From assembly GCA_963716615.1 (NCBI GenBank), contig CAVQTQ010000005.1, positions 228,822-292,821 of the forward strand: 64,000 bases of DNA, written 5' to 3'. A program made the position numbers and the translations under genes. This document shows positions 14,181 to 24,390 of this stretch, piece by piece. The notes beneath the pieces are model-generated. The model had not been told where the DNA came from. It worked only from the letters and a program-made list of their open reading frames with translations, and did not search any database. This DNA is from an uncultured Acidobacteriaceae bacterium (GTDB taxonomy: Bacteria > Acidobacteriota > Terriglobia > Terriglobales > Acidobacteriaceae). How positions within the stretch are numbered: the stretch's first letter is position 1; the number at the start of each line of letters is the position of its first letter.

Positions 14181-15089
14181 ATGCGCGAACGGTTCTCCCA
14201 TTCCATTGCACTCATTGTATTTGTGCTGCTTGCGCTGGCCGCAGATTTATCCGCGGCTGCCGCCCGCTGGACTGTCATCAGCCAACCTGCGCGCCTGGTA
14301 AACGGAACTCCGGTGCTGTTCCGCGTCACCACGCCGAAGTCCCTGCGCACGCTCTCGGGCAACTGGCTGGGCCACGAGATCGCGTTCAGCTTCGACGCGA
14401 GCCATAAGGCATGGTTCGCGCTGGCCGGAGTTAGCCTCGAAACCAAGCCAGGAGCTTATCCCATCGAACTTCATGGCGAAGCTTTGTCTGGGCAATCCGC
14501 CGTACGGTCCGCCGAAGACTCGATCTCATTCGAAAGAACAATTCGGGTGGAACACCGGCGCTATCCCCGCGTGCTGCTGAAAGTTCCCGCGCGCTACACC
14601 GCGCCCAGCCCCGAAGACCAGCGCCAGATAGAACAGGACAAGGAGATAAAAGCCGAGGCTTTCAAGACTGCAAGCCCCGAGCGCGAATGGAAAGGTTCGT
14701 TTGCGCCTCCGGTGAATGCCGTGATCTCGGACGTTTTCGGAGTCGAGCGCGTGTTCAACGGCTCCGTGCAAAGTACGCATCAGGGGCTCGATTTCGGCGT
14801 GCCCAGTGGAACCTCGGTCGCTGCTGTGAATCGCGGGCGCGTCATCCTGGCGCGGCCTCTATTTTTTGAAGGGAACTGTGTGGTAATCGACCATGGGCAG
14901 GGACTGCTGACGCTCTATCTGCATCTGTCGCAATTTTCCGTCAAAGAAGGCGAGGATGTGAATAAGGGGCAGGCGATCGGGCTGAGTGGAGGCACAGGAC
15001 GCGCCACCGGGCCTCATCTGCACCTGGCCGTGCGCTGGCAAGGGGTGTATCTGGACCCGCAGGCGCTGCTCAAATTGCGTTTGCCGTGA
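14181..15089 (+). CDS. M23 family (LytM-type) metallopeptidase
   Basis: HQGLDFGVPSGTSVAAVNRGRVI...GNCVVIDHGQGLLTLYLHLS...GLSGGTGRATGPHLHLAV (HxxxD and HxH motifs). N-terminal signal/anchor sequence. Confidence 0.9.
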   Translation: MRERFSHSIALIVFVLLALAADLSAAAARWTVISQPARLVNGTPVLFRVTTPKSLRTLSGNWLGHEIAFSFDASHKAWFALAGVSLETKPGAYPIELHGEALSGQSAVRSAEDSISFERTIRVEHRRYPRVLLKVPARYTAPSPEDQRQIEQDKEIKAEAFKTASPEREWKGSFAPPVNAVISDVFGVERVFNGSVQSTHQGLDFGVPSGTSVAAVNRGRVILARPLFFEGNCVVIDHGQGLLTLYLHLSQFSVKEGEDVNKGQAIGLSGGTGRATGPHLHLAVRWQGVYLDPQALLKLRLP

Positions 15090-15123
15090 CGAACCTGGAG
15101 CCGCAACTCTCCGCAGCGGTGGT

Positions 15124-15828
15124 TTAATCCGTAACCGGCAATAGGCCGCCAACGCTGTTCAGGAGTTTCTCCGCCGCCTCCCCGGGATCCTGGGTGTGAA
15201 AGTTCTCGTCCAAGATGAGGAGAGAAACGGCCGGATCAATTTCTTCCAGCGCCTTGCGTGTCGGTTTGCCATGAACGGATTGCATGCGCGCGGAAACCAC
15301 CACCAGTTTTGCCTTCGTTGCTTTGAGCAGGATTCGAGCGTCGTCGATGGCCGTAGTGGTCAAGGCATTGTATCCCGCGCTGCACAGCACCTCGCGCAGG
15401 AACGTGCACACATCGGTCGATTCGTAAACGCAAAGCATGCGTGGCCTGGCGTCCCCCGTCTTACATCGCGAATAGCGCGAGCCTAAATAGGCGGCCGTGA
15501 TTGCTTCTTCGACTGAATCGTAGACCTCAAATTGCGACAGCAGGTTGGTCATCTGCAGCGTTTTTCGGATCCTGGATGGAACTCCGCTGAGCTTGAGGTC
15601 TCCTCCCTTTACTCTTGCAGCTTGCGTAAGGCGCACCAGCGCCCCCAAGCCGCTGCTGTCGACGAACTCAACTTGATCGAGTTGCAGCACGACGTCGCCA
15701 TACTTGACGAGGGAGTCTCCGACAAACGCGTGCAAGGTATAGACCTCATTCCCGGCCACGATCCGTCCGTGACACTGAATGACCAATAAATCGCCGACCG
15801 GGCGGCTCTCCAAACGCAGCTGCATCAC
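15124..15828 (-). CDS. STAS-domain (anti-sigma-factor antagonist-like) protein fused to a degenerate receiver-like domain
   Basis: The N-terminus LVIQCHGRIVAGNEV...LQLDQVEFVDSSGLGALVRLTQAARVKGGDLKLSGVPSRIRKTLQMTNL is the SpoIIAA/STAS pattern. The C-terminal half has a receiver-like beta-alpha pattern (RMLCVYESTD...KLVVVSARM) without the canonical phospho-acceptor Asp. Confidence 0.75.
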   Translation of the reverse strand: MMQLRLESRPVGDLLVIQCHGRIVAGNEVYTLHAFVGDSLVKYGDVVLQLDQVEFVDSSGLGALVRLTQAARVKGGDLKLSGVPSRIRKTLQMTNLLSQFEVYDSVEEAITAAYLGSRYSRCKTGDARPRMLCVYESTDVCTFLREVLCSAGYNALTTTAIDDARILLKATKAKLVVVSARMQSVHGKPTRKALEEIDPAVSLLILDENFHTQDPGEAAEKLLNSVGGLLPVTD

Positions 15829-15967
15829 ACCTCCTCAAACTTAAAATTGAGACTTAGTTACGGCTTCGTCCGGGTTTCGCAGGGGTTTGCCCGGATTTTT
15901 CTTTTGGAACTTGAAAACCGCACCATAGTACCCCATCTCGCCGGTTCGTGACATTGCGAAACGAGTT

Positions 15968-16846
15968 TCATCGCGGCGGATAGATCACTCGCAAGGCGCT
16001 GGCGGCAACCGAAATATCGGCGGGCGTCTGGCACACAAACTCACCGTCAGCGTAGATGTCGATCGGAGTCTCGGTCTGAACGTGGACTCGCTCGGCACGC
16101 GAGTATTTCACTTCGGGCAGCAGGAGATGACGGCCGAAGTATACCGTCGGAAACATGCTGAGCAGTTTAAGCGGGCTCAACTTGGAAATGCTGCAGATAT
16201 CGAGCTTGCCATCGCCGAAATCTGCTTGCGGCGCTATGCGCATGCCGTCGCCGTAGAACTGGGTATTGGCGAAGGCGGCGAGCAGGGTGAGCTTTTCGGC
16301 CTCGGTATGATCCTTACCGTCGAACTCTGCCAGCCGCATCGAAAAAGCGGGCAACTTGAACAGTAGCGGCAAGAGCGCCAGGGCATAGCCGCCGTGTCCG
16401 CGCAGCCAGCGCGACATCCGATTCGCGCGGCGAGCGGCGGCAGCGTCCAGACCGCAACCGGCGACGCAGCAGAAATAGTAGGTTCGCTCTGGGGCAGCGG
16501 ATGGAACGATAACCCCGAGATCGATTGCCTGGGCTGAAATTTTCCCTGCTTCGAAATCATGCCAGACGCGCACGGAGTCTTGCGTCGAGCGCAGGTTCAA
16601 AGCCCGGGCAAAATCGTTTCCGCTACCTGCCGGGACGATCAGCACGGGAAGCTGGAGCCGGACCAGCGCTGGCAGATGACGGTGAATGGTGCCGTCGCCG
16701 CCGAAAATCAGGATGGCGTCGGCGTCGCTAGCGCTGCCACTGGATGCCGCGGGCAGTCCCTGCAGCCACTTTGTCGGAGAGCCGGCTTGGAACGGCTTCA
16801 GGTCTGCCGGCGAAGTTCCCAGGCCGAAGATGACGGCGGCGCGCAT
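15968..16846 (-). CDS. Diacylglycerol/lipid kinase family protein (YegS/BmrU-like)
   Basis: ILIFGGDGTIHRHLPALV and LIVPAGSGNDFARAL motifs. Confidence 0.85.
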   Translation of the reverse strand: MRAAVIFGLGTSPADLKPFQAGSPTKWLQGLPAASSGSASDADAILIFGGDGTIHRHLPALVRLQLPVLIVPAGSGNDFARALNLRSTQDSVRVWHDFEAGKISAQAIDLGVIVPSAAPERTYYFCCVAGCGLDAAAARRANRMSRWLRGHGGYALALLPLLFKLPAFSMRLAEFDGKDHTEAEKLTLLAAFANTQFYGDGMRIAPQADFGDGKLDICSISKLSPLKLLSMFPTVYFGRHLLLPEVKYSRAERVHVQTETPIDIYADGEFVCQTPADISVAASALRVIYPPR

Positions 16847-16900
16847 GCGTCCTGCATTAGAACATACGCACCGCCGGGAAACGAATCGTCAACGACAAAA

Positions 16901-18544
16901 CTATTCCGGCAGGCACTTCTCCATGAAGTCAACCAGATCTTTTTTCATCTTGTCGTGTTCGGCGCGATCGATGTACACCATGTGTCCCGATTTGTAGGTG
17001 GCATAGGAAATGTTCTGGCGGAACTGCGGGCCGAGATCGAGATGATCCATAGTCCAGTTGGCAGCGGCGAAAGGCGTGGCGAGATCGTAGTAGCCTTCCA
17101 TCACCAGAATCTTCATATACGGGTTCTTGATCATGGCCGACCGCAACCCGCCCGCCGTGCTGGGAAAGCCTTCGACGGCGTTGCCCCACTCCCAGTCGCG
17201 GAAACCAGGCTGGTCGTAGGCGAAAACCCTGTACGGCATGTCGGACTTGTAATTCAGCTCGGTACGCAGGTAGTTGTTGAACGCCGAGGTGTAAGGCGGC
17301 AGAATGGCGGCGCTCGTCGGATCGTAGAAACGATCTTCGTCAGGATTTGGGCTGGTGAAGCGGCCATCGAGCCGGCCGCTGATCAGTTTCTGATCGAGCA
17401 GCAACTCTTTGGTGAAGGTGGGAACGTCGATGCGCAGGTTGTGCGCTTCAACCACTTCCGGACGCAGTCCGATGTAACGCGACAGCTGCTCGACAATCTT
17501 GCGATGTTCTTCCGGCGTCAGGGCGTCGCCTTTGCCCAGAGCGAGCGCGTAATCATTGTTCGACCAGCGCACGACTTCTTCGCGAGTCTTCGCCACATCC
17601 TGCGTCAGATCGGCCGCTAGCTTGTGATGGTAACCGGCGATCATGTTGAACGTGGGCACCAGCAGCAAATAAGGCAGGTCGTTGGATTTGTTCCATTCCA
17701 GCGTCTGGAAATCTACCGCCATCGAGAGCAGGGTTACACCATTGAAAGCGATGCCATGGTCGGCTAAGTATCCGGCGACGCCGGCGGCGCGCGTCGTGCC
17801 GTAGCTTTCCCCGAGCAGGAAGAGCGGAGAGCTCCAGCGCTCGTAGCGAGAGAGATAAAGGCGTATGAATTCTCCGAAAGCTTGTACGTCACCCTTTACG
17901 CCCAGAAACTTCTTGGTAAGTTCAGCGTTTGCGGCTCGCGAGTAGCCGGTGGACATGGCGTCCACCATGACAATATCGCTGCGATCGAGCAGCGTGTCGG
18001 GATTGTCCTCCAGACGATAGGGCGCTGCCGGCATGAAGCCATTCGATTGCAGGACCACGCGCTTGGGTCCGAGCGCGCCCATGTGCAGCCACACCGAAGC
18101 AGAGCCGGGGCCACCATTGAATGCGAAGGTCAGCGGGCGTCGATCAGCTTCCCGTCCGTCGAGCGTGTAGGCGACGAAAAACATTTCGGCTTCCGTCTTG
18201 CCGTCGCCGCGCTTGATGGGAAGCCTGCCGGCCGTCGCCGTATAGCTGAGAGTCTTGCCGTTCAGCGCGGTCTGGTGATGGGTAATTACGGGTGGGACTT
18301 CAGTTACATCGTAATGCTCTTCCTTGTCGGTGGCTTCGTTTGCTTCGGTCTTGGATGGCTCGGCGGGCTTGCCGCTTTCCGCTGGCTTCTCTGGAGTTGT
18401 TGAACTCGCCGTTGATTGCTTTTTGTCCTTTTTGGACGCGGCCTGCTTCGCGCCCTCGGGTGTCGTGTCCGAGGATTGGTTTTGCTGCGCGACGGAAAAC
18501 GGAATCGTCATCACAGCGAAAAACAGAACTATCAGAATTCTCAC
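16901..18544 (-). CDS. Peptidase S10 (serine carboxypeptidase-like), secreted
   Basis: Signal peptide. NGGPGSASVWLHMGALGP and the LLGESYGTTRAAG nucleophile motif. Low-complexity K/E/S/P linker after the signal. Confidence 0.85.
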   Translation of the reverse strand: MRILIVLFFAVMTIPFSVAQQNQSSDTTPEGAKQAASKKDKKQSTASSTTPEKPAESGKPAEPSKTEANEATDKEEHYDVTEVPPVITHHQTALNGKTLSYTATAGRLPIKRGDGKTEAEMFFVAYTLDGREADRRPLTFAFNGGPGSASVWLHMGALGPKRVVLQSNGFMPAAPYRLEDNPDTLLDRSDIVMVDAMSTGYSRAANAELTKKFLGVKGDVQAFGEFIRLYLSRYERWSSPLFLLGESYGTTRAAGVAGYLADHGIAFNGVTLLSMAVDFQTLEWNKSNDLPYLLLVPTFNMIAGYHHKLAADLTQDVAKTREEVVRWSNNDYALALGKGDALTPEEHRKIVEQLSRYIGLRPEVVEAHNLRIDVPTFTKELLLDQKLISGRLDGRFTSPNPDEDRFYDPTSAAILPPYTSAFNNYLRTELNYKSDMPYRVFAYDQPGFRDWEWGNAVEGFPSTAGGLRSAMIKNPYMKILVMEGYYDLATPFAAANWTMDHLDLGPQFRQNISYATYKSGHMVYIDRAEHDKMKKDLVDFMEKCLPE

Positions 18545-18669
18545 GCTGGTCTCCGGGGTAAAAGGATTGGATCGCCATTATAGCGCCTTCGCCGATCGCA
18601 CTTGAAAAAGCCGGAGGCAACTCCAGACGTGCTAGAATTTGTTGCGCCAGAAACGATTCCACCGGCTCG

Positions 18670-19767
18670 GTGGCGCACCGGTTCTCTCCACCCTGGCATC
18701 GACGGACTGAAAAAGTGGCCTCGAATACCGACGCCAAAATCGACTCCATCACCTACGCTGACGCCGGCGTCAGCCTCGATCGCGGCAAGCGCACCAAACA
18801 GCGCATCAAATATCTGGCCCACAAAACTTTCACCAAGGGAGTGCTGAGCGAGATTGGTGGCTTCGGCGGGCTGTTTTCGGTAGACAAGAAATATATAGAT
18901 CCGGTGCTGGTTTCGAGCGTGGATGGCGTGGGCACAAAATTGAAAGTGGCCTTCGAAATGAATGGGCACCACACCATTGGCGCCGATCTGGTGAATCATT
19001 GCGTGAACGACATCGCGGTGCAGGGTGCGGCGCCATTGTTTTTTATGGACTATTTGGCTACGGGCAGGCTGGACGCGGAAGTCGCGGAAAAAATTGTGGG
19101 CGGTCTCGCCGAAGCCTGCAAGCATAACGGCTGCGCCTTGATTGGCGGCGAGACCGCCGAAATGCCGGGGTTCTATCCCGAAGGCGAGTACGACCTAGCC
19201 GGATTCATTGTTGGAGTCGTGGAACGCGAGCGCATCATCAGCGGCAAAGACGTGCAGCCGGGGGATTGTGTTCTTGGCCTGCCCTCGAATGGCCTCCACA
19301 CCAACGGATATTCGCTGGCCCGCAAATTGCTTTTTGAAATCGCGGGCTATTCCCAGGAAACCTTTGTCAGCGAGATCAAGAACAAAGTCGGCAACGAACT
19401 CATGCGCACCCATCGCAGCTACTGGTCGGTAGTCCGGAAGATGATGGCGGGTGAATGCGTCGCGGCCCTGGCGCATATTACCGGTGGAGGCATCACCGAG
19501 AACTTGCCGCGCGTGCTGCCCAAAGGCACGTCGGCCGTGATCGAACTTGGGACCTGGCCGGTGCTGCCCATCTTTGAGCATCTGCAGAAGCTGGGCAACG
19601 TCACCGAGGAAGAGATGCTCCGCACCTTCAATATGGGCCTCGGTATGCTGATCGTCGTTCCCGCCAAGAAATTCAAGAAAGCGCAGACGCTGCTGGAGCG
19701 TGCCGGAGAAAAATTCTACTGCGTCGGCCGCATCGTCAAGGGCGAGCGCAAGGTGATGTTCAGCTAG
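18670..19767 (+). CDS. purM: Phosphoribosylformylglycinamidine cyclo-ligase (AIR synthetase)
   Basis: ITYADAGVSLDRG...GGFGGLF...VSSVDGVGTKLKVA...DLVNHCVNDIAVQGA.PLFFMDY...GGETAEMPG. The true start may be GTG at 18715. Confidence 0.92.
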   Translation: MAHRFSPPWHRRTEKVASNTDAKIDSITYADAGVSLDRGKRTKQRIKYLAHKTFTKGVLSEIGGFGGLFSVDKKYIDPVLVSSVDGVGTKLKVAFEMNGHHTIGADLVNHCVNDIAVQGAAPLFFMDYLATGRLDAEVAEKIVGGLAEACKHNGCALIGGETAEMPGFYPEGEYDLAGFIVGVVERERIISGKDVQPGDCVLGLPSNGLHTNGYSLARKLLFEIAGYSQETFVSEIKNKVGNELMRTHRSYWSVVRKMMAGECVAALAHITGGGITENLPRVLPKGTSAVIELGTWPVLPIFEHLQKLGNVTEEEMLRTFNMGLGMLIVVPAKKFKKAQTLLERAGEKFYCVGRIVKGERKVMFS

Positions 19768-19790
19768 TCATGCGATGGAGCGACGCGCGT

Positions 19791-19825
19791 CTCGCGAGCC
19801 TGCCCTGAGCGAAGTCGAAGGGTCC
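19791..19825. repeat. REP-like element family B, copy 2
   Basis: CTCGCGAGCCTGCCCTGAGCGAAGTCGAAGGGTCC lies between the convergent purM and lhr genes. Compare 3359..3392. Confidence 0.6.
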
Positions 19826-19869
19826 GCGTGGCGAGGGCGTCCGGCTCCCCACCAATAAAGAACGCGCCA

Positions 19870-22800
19870 CTAGTAGCCGGACGCTAGCAGCGCATCTTCC
19901 GCATCCCACACGCCGTCGCGAAACGTCACGCTTCTTCCCGAGATGGCGGGGATGCGCTCGCCGGGAACAATGATTCCGACCAAGTTCAACGGATCGGCGG
20001 CGGCGATGATGACGCGCTCGCCCTGCGTTGTCGGTGGCTGCTTGCGGTGGGCGCGCAACGATTCGACGGCCACTGGAAGCGCGAACTGCTCTCCCAGAAA
20101 TCCATCGACGAATCGGCCGCCGCGCACTTCGCCGCGATCTTCGAGACGGCGGTAGCCGATCTGCAATTCGCGCCATCGCGGAAGATTGGTTTCGCGCACC
20201 AGCAGGTCGCGGAAGACCACTCCATAGCGTCGCAACAACATCCAGCAGCAGGACTCGACGCTGCGGTCGCGATCGGCGCCCTCGGTGTGCAAGAGCGACC
20301 AGCGCCCGGGCGCATGGCGTGGCCGGCGTACTTTGCCCATTGCTTTGCCAAGGCCGCCGCCCGACGAATGTTTCGGCGTCACCAGGGCGCGCAGGTTCTC
20401 AAATCCGTCGGCGGTCACGAGGCCGGCCGCGACCAGTTCCCAAAGTCCGGTTTCGATTTCTGCTTTGAGCCGGCCCGTCGCTCGCACCATGTCGGGGAAG
20501 AACAGCGCGCCCCGCTGTTTCAACAGTTCAAGCACCGCCTGTGCCACTGGACTCAAGAACGAAGTAGCAGAATCTTCCGCTCCGGGGTGATGAGCTCGCA
20601 TCCAATCTGCGTCTTCGCGCACGAAGAAGGCAATCGGCGCAACGCGCGTCGGAATCACGCGCCGGCGGTGCTCATCGTTGCCGGTGGCTTCAAGAGTCGC
20701 GGGATGTGGCGACAGCCGGCCCCATCCAATCGCGCCTGCAAGGCAGAGTTGATCGAGGTTTGCGGGATCGTAGTCGGAGATTCTGCGGGCGAGCACAAAC
20801 CGTTCCCACGCGCTCGCCGGAATTTCGAATCCCTGCAATTGGCGGATCACTTCGAGCATACCGTGCTCGCCTCGCACCTGCGTGCCCGGAGCAACATGCT
20901 GCCAGCGCAAAAGCCAACTCATGAACTGCGATGCTGTGACTGGGGCGATCTGCTTGCGCAGCGTTGCTACCGTCAGACGATGAATGCGGGCCAGCAGACG
21001 GCGCTCGCACCACTCGGTTTCGGGCTCGTGGGATGCGGATGCCGCCAGATGCAAATCATCTTTATGCGAATCAGTATTACGGGAATCAGGGGGCCGGAAC
21101 TTGCCGCGCAGAATTGCTCCGCTGGCTTCGACGCGGAGTAGAGCCTTCTCGACCTCAGATGCAGGCAGCCCCAACAACTCGCCGATTTCTGACGAGGTAG
21201 TGGGGCCGAGATGCGTTATCCATCCTTGCACTGCGGTTAGCACAGCGTCGTCCAGGTTCACCGTAGAGACACGGTCAGCTGCGTCCTCTGCTTGCGTGGC
21301 GGCGGGGCTTGGCAGCGCCGGGACGGGTAAGAGCCCCGTCCCCACACGATGTATTGCGCGGAACCATTCGACCCGCTCAGCGGCTACCCAATATTGCTTG
21401 CCTGAAGCTTCTGCCACGAAGGCGCGATTTTCGCGCTGGAGGCGTTCGAAGAATCCAGTCCAGTTGGCGGTGATCTGCGGACGCGTTTCCTGAGAGCTGA
21501 GAGCTGAAAGCCGAGAGATCGCTTCCTCGACCGCGGGCATCGTCACCAGCGTATGCAGCACATCATGCAGTTCATCGGCGTCGCGCACATCCGGCCACGC
21601 CTCCTGCTGCACCTGCGCGATGGCTGTGGGATCGAGCGCACCGACCTCCTCGAGGACAGACGCCGGCAACACTCGCCGCATCTCGACGGCTCGGGCTCGT
21701 CGCTCCTCCAGCGGCGCATCATCCAGGTAGGCGTACGGATTCGCATTGAGAATTTCGTGCGAAAATTGCGATGGCACCGGAGTGTCCACCGCCAGGCAAC
21801 GAATCCAGCCCTGCTCGATTCCGCGCAAAACCTCGGCCAGGCCATCGATGTCGAGCGCCTCGGTGAGCACGTCTTTCATTACCTCGCGTACCAGCGGATG
21901 GTCGGGAATCTTGATGTCGCCTTCGATGTTTTCCTGGCAGGCGGCTACATCCGGAAATACCGAGGCCAGCAGATCGTCGGAGCGCATGCGCTGAATCTGC
22001 GGCGGCACTTTTTTACCGCTTTGAAAACGCAGCAGAGCCAGGGCGCGCGTCGCATCCCACCGCCAGCGCGTTTGAAAGATGGGCGATGCTAACGCGGCTT
22101 GCTCCAGGATCGGCGGCATGCTTTCCGAATGCAGAAATTGAAAAACATCGGCCAGCGGAAAGCTATGCTGCTCGGCGAGCGCGATATTCAATCCGTTGTC
22201 GGTTGCCGCCGCCTGCAGTTCGAAATTGAAGCCGCGGCAGAAACGCTTGCGCAAGGCCAGTCCCCAGGCTTTGTTGATGCGGCCGCCGAAGGGCGCGTGG
22301 ATGATCAACTGCATCCCGCCGCCCTCGTCAAAAAATCTTTCTGCGATGATCGTCGTTTGCGTCGGCACATCCCCCAACACGGCGCGGCCTTCGAGCGTGT
22401 ACTGAATCAGTTGCTCGGCGCCCGATGCATCGAGACCGCATTCTTCTCGCAGCCAACTCACAGCGTCAGCTACTACCGGCAGGTTCCGCCAGCTTTCCAC
22501 GGGCACCACGCCGGGCAGTCGGTCGCTGATTTCTTTGCGCAATTCGCCCAACTGCTGCGAAAGTTCGGAGGTGCGAGCCGGGGCTTCTCCTCGCCAAAAA
22601 GGAACGCTGGGCGGCGTGCCGTGCGCATCCTCGACCAACATGCGCGACGTTTTCGCTTCCACTCGCCGTATGCGCCACGAGGTGTTGCCGAGCAGCATGA
22701 CGTCGCCCGCCATGCTCTCTACGGCGAAGTCTTCATCGACGGTTCCAACCACGCCGCCGTCCGGTTCGGCGACTACCGTGAACAGAGCGTTGTCGGGAAT

Positions 22801-24390
22801 CGCGCCGCCGCTGGTGATGGCCGCCAGGCGCGCGCCACGCCGCGCTCGCAGCTTGCGATTGATGCGGTCCTGAAGCAGGTAAGCGCCGTAGCGTCCTCGT
22901 TGCGAGGCGATTCCTTCAGAGAGCATCGTGATCACTTCATCGAACGTCTTACGCGATAGATTGCGATACGGATAGGCGCGCTTCACGAGCCCGAATAACT
23001 CGTCTTCGTCCCATCCGTCGCTTAAGTTGGATTTATCGTCCGATTGATGCTCAGATTCATTGCTTGTGGAGCGCCGGGCGTCCCCGCCCGGCCTCCCCGC
23101 AGCCGCGCAGCAAGCTACAATCTGCTGTGCCAGAACATCCAGCGAACCTTCCGGGAAAATCAGCCGGTCGAGTTCGCCCTGGCGAATCGCGCGCACCAGC
23201 ACGGCGCATTCGGCAAGATCGTCGCGCGTGGTAACAAAGAATCGTCCCTTGGGGACTGCGCCGCGCCAGTGGCCCGAACGCCCCACGCGCTGCAGAGCGA
23301 CCGCAATCGAACGCGGCGAACTGATGTGACACACCAAATCTACCGTTCCCACGTCGATGCCAAGTTCAAGCGATGCGGTCGCCACCAGCACCTTGACTTG
23401 ACCTTCCTTCAGCTTGCGCTCCGCTTCCAGGCGCAACTTGCGCGACAAGCTGCCGTGATGCGCGGCCACGTTTTCTTCGCCCATGCGCTCGCCGAGTTGA
23501 TGGGCAATGCGCTCGGCCAGGCGGCGCGTGTTCACGAAGACGAGCGTCGAGCGGTGCGCATTCACCAGTTGCACGATGCGCTCGTAAATCTCGTCCCACA
23601 TTTCGTTGGAGGCGACCGGGCCGAGTTCCGACGACGGAACCTCGACTCCTAGATCGAGCTTGCGCTTGTGTCCAACGTTGACGATGACGGGATCGGGTCG
23701 CGGATTTCGAGGATCCGCGCTGCCAGCGAGGAAATGCGCGACTTCTTCGATCGGCTTCTGCGTCGCGGAAAGGCCGATGCGCACCGGCGGGCGCTCGGTC
23801 AGCGCTTCCAGGCGCTCCAGCGAAAGGGAAAGATGCACGCCGCGCTTGTCGTCGGCCACGGCGTGAATTTCGTCTACGATCACGGTCTCCACATCGCGCA
23901 GGATGGCGCGGCTCTTCTCCGCCGTGAGCAGAATGTAGAGCGACTCGGGGGTGGTAACCAGAATATGCGGCGGACGCTTCAGCATGAGGCGCCGGTCTTT
24001 CATCAAAGTGTCGCCCGTGCGCACCGCCGTGCGGATCTCCGGCATCAGCAAGCCACGATCGCCAGCCATCTGCAAAATTTCTCCGAGCGGGATTTCGAGA
24101 TTTTTCTGGATGTCATTGCCAAGCGCCTTGAGCGGGGAAACGTAAAGAACTTCAGTGCGGTCGCGCAGTTCGCCCGCGAGGGCTTTGCAGACGAGACGGT
24201 CAATGCAGGCGAGGAAAGCGGCCAGCGTTTTGCCCGATCCGGTCGGTGCCGAGATCAGAGTGGTATGGCCGGCGAGGATGTGGGGCCAGCCCTGCTCCTG
24301 CGGCTCAGTCGGCGTGGAGAAGCGCGCAGTAAACCACTCCTGCACCAGCGGATGAGCCCAGGCGAGCGACGGGGTGACGGCGGACGGCAT
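19870..24390 (-). CDS. lhr: Lhr-like large ATP-dependent DEAD/DEAH-box helicase (about 1500 aa)
   Basis: LISAPTGSGKTLAAF (motif I), VIVDEIHAV (DExH), SATQ, TASLELGIDVG, and VGRSGH, followed by a long DEAD-associated C-terminal region. Start taken at ATG 24390 (MPSAVTPSLAWAHPLVQEWF); the ORF track extends to 24516. Confidence 0.88.
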   Translation of the reverse strand: MPSAVTPSLAWAHPLVQEWFTARFSTPTEPQEQGWPHILAGHTTLISAPTGSGKTLAAFLACIDRLVCKALAGELRDRTEVLYVSPLKALGNDIQKNLEIPLGEILQMAGDRGLLMPEIRTAVRTGDTLMKDRRLMLKRPPHILVTTPESLYILLTAEKSRAILRDVETVIVDEIHAVADDKRGVHLSLSLERLEALTERPPVRIGLSATQKPIEEVAHFLAGSADPRNPRPDPVIVNVGHKRKLDLGVEVPSSELGPVASNEMWDEIYERIVQLVNAHRSTLVFVNTRRLAERIAHQLGERMGEENVAAHHGSLSRKLRLEAERKLKEGQVKVLVATASLELGIDVGTVDLVCHISSPRSIAVALQRVGRSGHWRGAVPKGRFFVTTRDDLAECAVLVRAIRQGELDRLIFPEGSLDVLAQQIVACCAAAGRPGGDARRSTSNESEHQSDDKSNLSDGWDEDELFGLVKRAYPYRNLSRKTFDEVITMLSEGIASQRGRYGAYLLQDRINRKLRARRGARLAAITSGGAIPDNALFTVVAEPDGGVVGTVDEDFAVESMAGDVMLLGNTSWRIRRVEAKTSRMLVEDAHGTPPSVPFWRGEAPARTSELSQQLGELRKEISDRLPGVVPVESWRNLPVVADAVSWLREECGLDASGAEQLIQYTLEGRAVLGDVPTQTTIIAERFFDEGGGMQLIIHAPFGGRINKAWGLALRKRFCRGFNFELQAAATDNGLNIALAEQHSFPLADVFQFLHSESMPPILEQAALASPIFQTRWRWDATRALALLRFQSGKKVPPQIQRMRSDDLLASVFPDVAACQENIEGDIKIPDHPLVREVMKDVLTEALDIDGLAEVLRGIEQGWIRCLAVDTPVPSQFSHEILNANPYAYLDDAPLEERRARAVEMRRVLPASVLEEVGALDPTAIAQVQQEAWPDVRDADELHDVLHTLVTMPAVEEAISRLSALSSQETRPQITANWTGFFERLQRENRAFVAEASGKQYWVAAERVEWFRAIHRVGTGLLPVPALPSPAATQAEDAADRVSTVNLDDAVLTAVQGWITHLGPTTSSEIGELLGLPASEVEKALLRVEASGAILRGKFRPPDSRNTDSHKDDLHLAASASHEPETEWCERRLLARIHRLTVATLRKQIAPVTASQFMSWLLRWQHVAPGTQVRGEHGMLEVIRQLQGFEIPASAWERFVLARRISDYDPANLDQLCLAGAIGWGRLSPHPATLEATGNDEHRRRVIPTRVAPIAFFVREDADWMRAHHPGAEDSATSFLSPVAQAVLELLKQRGALFFPDMVRATGRLKAEIETGLWELVAAGLVTADGFENLRALVTPKHSSGGGLGKAMGKVRRPRHAPGRWSLLHTEGADRDRSVESCCWMLLRRYGVVFRDLLVRETNLPRWRELQIGYRRLEDRGEVRGGRFVDGFLGEQFALPVAVESLRAHRKQPPTTQGERVIIAAADPLNLVGIIVPGERIPAISGRSVTFRDGVWDAEDALLASGY

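Noticed and set aside
16559-17620. 353-aa + ORF
   Set aside because: It is antisense to the S10 peptidase gene, which has clear catalytic motifs, and its composition is R/G/V-rich.
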